A DNA stretch of 64,000 nt from Candidatus Omnitrophota bacterium. Lineage in GTDB: Bacteria > Omnitrophota > Omnitrophia > Omnitrophales > Aquincolibacteriaceae. The notes below the pieces were generated by a model. The model saw only the letters and a program-made list of their open reading frames with translations, was not told where the DNA came from and did no database searches. The position numbers were made by a program, and so were the translations under genes. This document shows, in pieces, positions 62,337 through 64,000 of the stretch (positions are counted from its first letter, which is position 1; every line of letters starts with the position of its first letter). The stretch lies in the NCBI GenBank assembly GCA_030698625.1, contig JAUYMS010000046.1, forward strand, positions 56,348 through 120,347, read 5' to 3'.

Positions 62337-62567
62337 ATGAGCGACGGCAGTATACCCGCGGTAAGTCAAGATTGTTGGAAGCCGTGTAATATTTGCAAGA
62401 AGGCAATAGCCTTTCAAGCCGTCTATTACCTCTGCTCCGTTAGTACCTGCCGCAGTAAACGCACCGGCCTCGTCTTCTGCTCTACGTCCTGTTATGACGG
62501 CCACCTTGGTTTTGCCCGTCACCGCAGCTCCTACTGTGAAGAAGAAGTTGCCCCCGTCAAGTTTTAA
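62337..62567 (+). CDS. Small Cys/His-rich zinc-finger protein
   Basis: CNIC, CSVSTC, CSTSC...H...H; TATAAT upstream. Confidence 0.7.
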   Translation: MSDGSIPAVSQDCWKPCNICKKAIAFQAVYYLCSVSTCRSKRTGLVFCSTSCYDGHLGFARHRSSYCEEEVAPVKF

Positions 62568-62570
62568 CCG

Positions 62571-63083
62571 CTAACCGGCCGCCCGTATTTGGGCAAGGCT
62601 CAGGTAGGCGGGTGACTTTGTAATGAAGCTATTTTTGAGGCCTTTACTGTATGTTGTGAAGCTGATGTAAGGGTAATCATCCGCGTGTTTAACTAGGCCG
62701 GCTCTTAACGGATTTCTCTCAATATACCTTGCGCATTCCAATAGATATTCCTCCCTGTCAACGGACTTACTCCTGTACATTCTTTCGAACGTCGCTCCGG
62801 AAATCCTGTATTCTTTACTGTGGTAATAAGCGTACTTTCTCTTGAGAAAATGAGAGAAACGAATGAGATTCTCAATGGCAGTCGTAAAAACAAGCATGTG
62901 GACATGGTTCGTCATAAGGCAATAGTGGTAAATGGCAACCTGAGAAGCCGAAGCGTGTTCTCGGGTCAGGTTCAAGAAAAAGTCGTAGTCTCTAGGGCGA
63001 TGGAAAAGATCTTTGCGGTTAATGCCGCGTGCTATCCAGTGATAGATTCCAGACGGACTAATTTGGCGTTTTTTTCGCGGCAT
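62571..63083 (-). mobile_element. Y1/HUH (RAYT/IS200-like) tyrosine transposase, possibly C-terminally truncated
   Basis: MPRKKR, YHWIARG, YCLMTNHVHML (HUH), RYIERNP. Confidence 0.85.
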
Positions 63084-63249
63084 AAGAGAGGCCACAAGTC
63101 GCCTTGCGAGAGGAGAGCTTTCGAGGTGTGTCAGAGAAGCAGAGGCAGTATAATGCAATGGTCAGAAGACGGCGTCCGGAAAATTTCTTATTTGCGTATA
63201 TTCCAAGATAGTCATATTATGTGAGCAGCTATCATTTTATGGAGGTTCT

Positions 63250-63603
63250 ATGACAAAGGTACAGAGAGTCAGCTCAGATGATATGGTTTTCAAGATTAAG
63301 GCAGATTTCCTGAGAGCGCTTTCGCATCCGTTACGTCTCAAAATTATAGATCGCTTAAGACATGCTGAATCCAGTGTCGGAAGCTTGGGAAAAGAGCTGG
63401 GCGTTCACCAGTCGACATTATCCAAACATTTAACGGCTTTACGCGAAATCGGTATATTGCAGGCACGGCAAGAAAAAACGTCCGTCTTCTATGCAATAAC
63501 GGACCAAGACTTATTTCTTATATTACGGCCTATTTCGGAGCTTCTTCGCAAAAAATTTAAGAGAAGCAACAATTTGCTCAATAAATTGGCAAAAGGTTTA
63601 TGA
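63250..63603 (+). CDS. ArsR/SmtB family transcriptional regulator
   Basis: KADFLRALSHPLRLKII, QSTLSKHL..LRE.GIL. Confidence 0.9.
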   Translation: MTKVQRVSSDDMVFKIKADFLRALSHPLRLKIIDRLRHAESSVGSLGKELGVHQSTLSKHLTALREIGILQARQEKTSVFYAITDQDLFLILRPISELLRKKFKRSNNLLNKLAKGL

Positions 63604-63648
63604 AGTAATGAGTATTCTGGAATAGGACTGTCGAAAGGAGGGAATCCT

Positions 63649-63864
63649 ATGGTGACCTGGATTGGTTTATGTGCAGGCGAGGTGTGGAAATATCTTGAAA
63701 CTCATGAGGGCTATTGTCCTGTTGAAAAAGTTATTAATGACATCGATGCGCCTGAGCAATCTGTATTAATGGCAATTGGCTGGCTAGCACGTGAAGGCCA
63801 TATTCTGCTTCGTGGAGCCCCACCTGACTATCGAATCATTCTCAACATAAAAAAGACAACTTAG
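63649..63864 (+). CDS. Small winged-helix protein (DUF2582-like)
   Basis: IGLCAGEVWKYL, MAIGWLAREG. Confidence 0.8.
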   Translation: MVTWIGLCAGEVWKYLETHEGYCPVEKVINDIDAPEQSVLMAIGWLAREGHILLRGAPPDYRIILNIKKTT

Positions 63865-64000
63865 CGAAGACTGTCGCATAAACAGAGGATAGGCGGAAGC
63901 CGCCATAATAAAAAATGTTTAAACCAAAATTATTGACTTGTCTTAAAGATTATTCATTACCGCAGTTCCGATCAGATGTGATTGCCGGACTCATCGTTGG

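Overview
A bacterial chromosomal window, mostly about 55% GC by eye; the gene set suggests a PVC/Omnitrophota-like organism (inference only). 1-19.7 kb: a large nucleotide-sugar/surface-glycan cluster with two TPP-dependent E1-alpha/beta pairs, Gmd, a ColD-type His-PLP enzyme, an HddA kinase, three Tyr-less SDRs, two GT2 paralogs, PhyH, a HemN-like protein and a B12 radical SAM protein. 19.7-26.7 kb: groEL-groES-groEL with a CIRCE site, then coaX, birA, alr and tsaB. 27-33 kb: glycan-modification genes. 33-57.6 kb: core metabolism (fchA, folD, panB, hem cluster, acs, eno) with two c-di-GMP proteins. The most striking feature is at 57.67-58.55 kb. An initiator tRNA-fMet gene is split by a very compact (193 nt), ORF-less, Azoarcus-like group I intron. 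It sits head-to-head with a free-standing homolog of the tRNA-fMet homing endonuclease I-Ssp6803I. The 3' end of that gene runs into an inverted remnant of the tRNA 3' exon, where a TAA>CAA difference fuses it in frame to a secreted pentein-family gene. A small accessory region follows. All homology calls are from motif recognition and recall; no database search was run.
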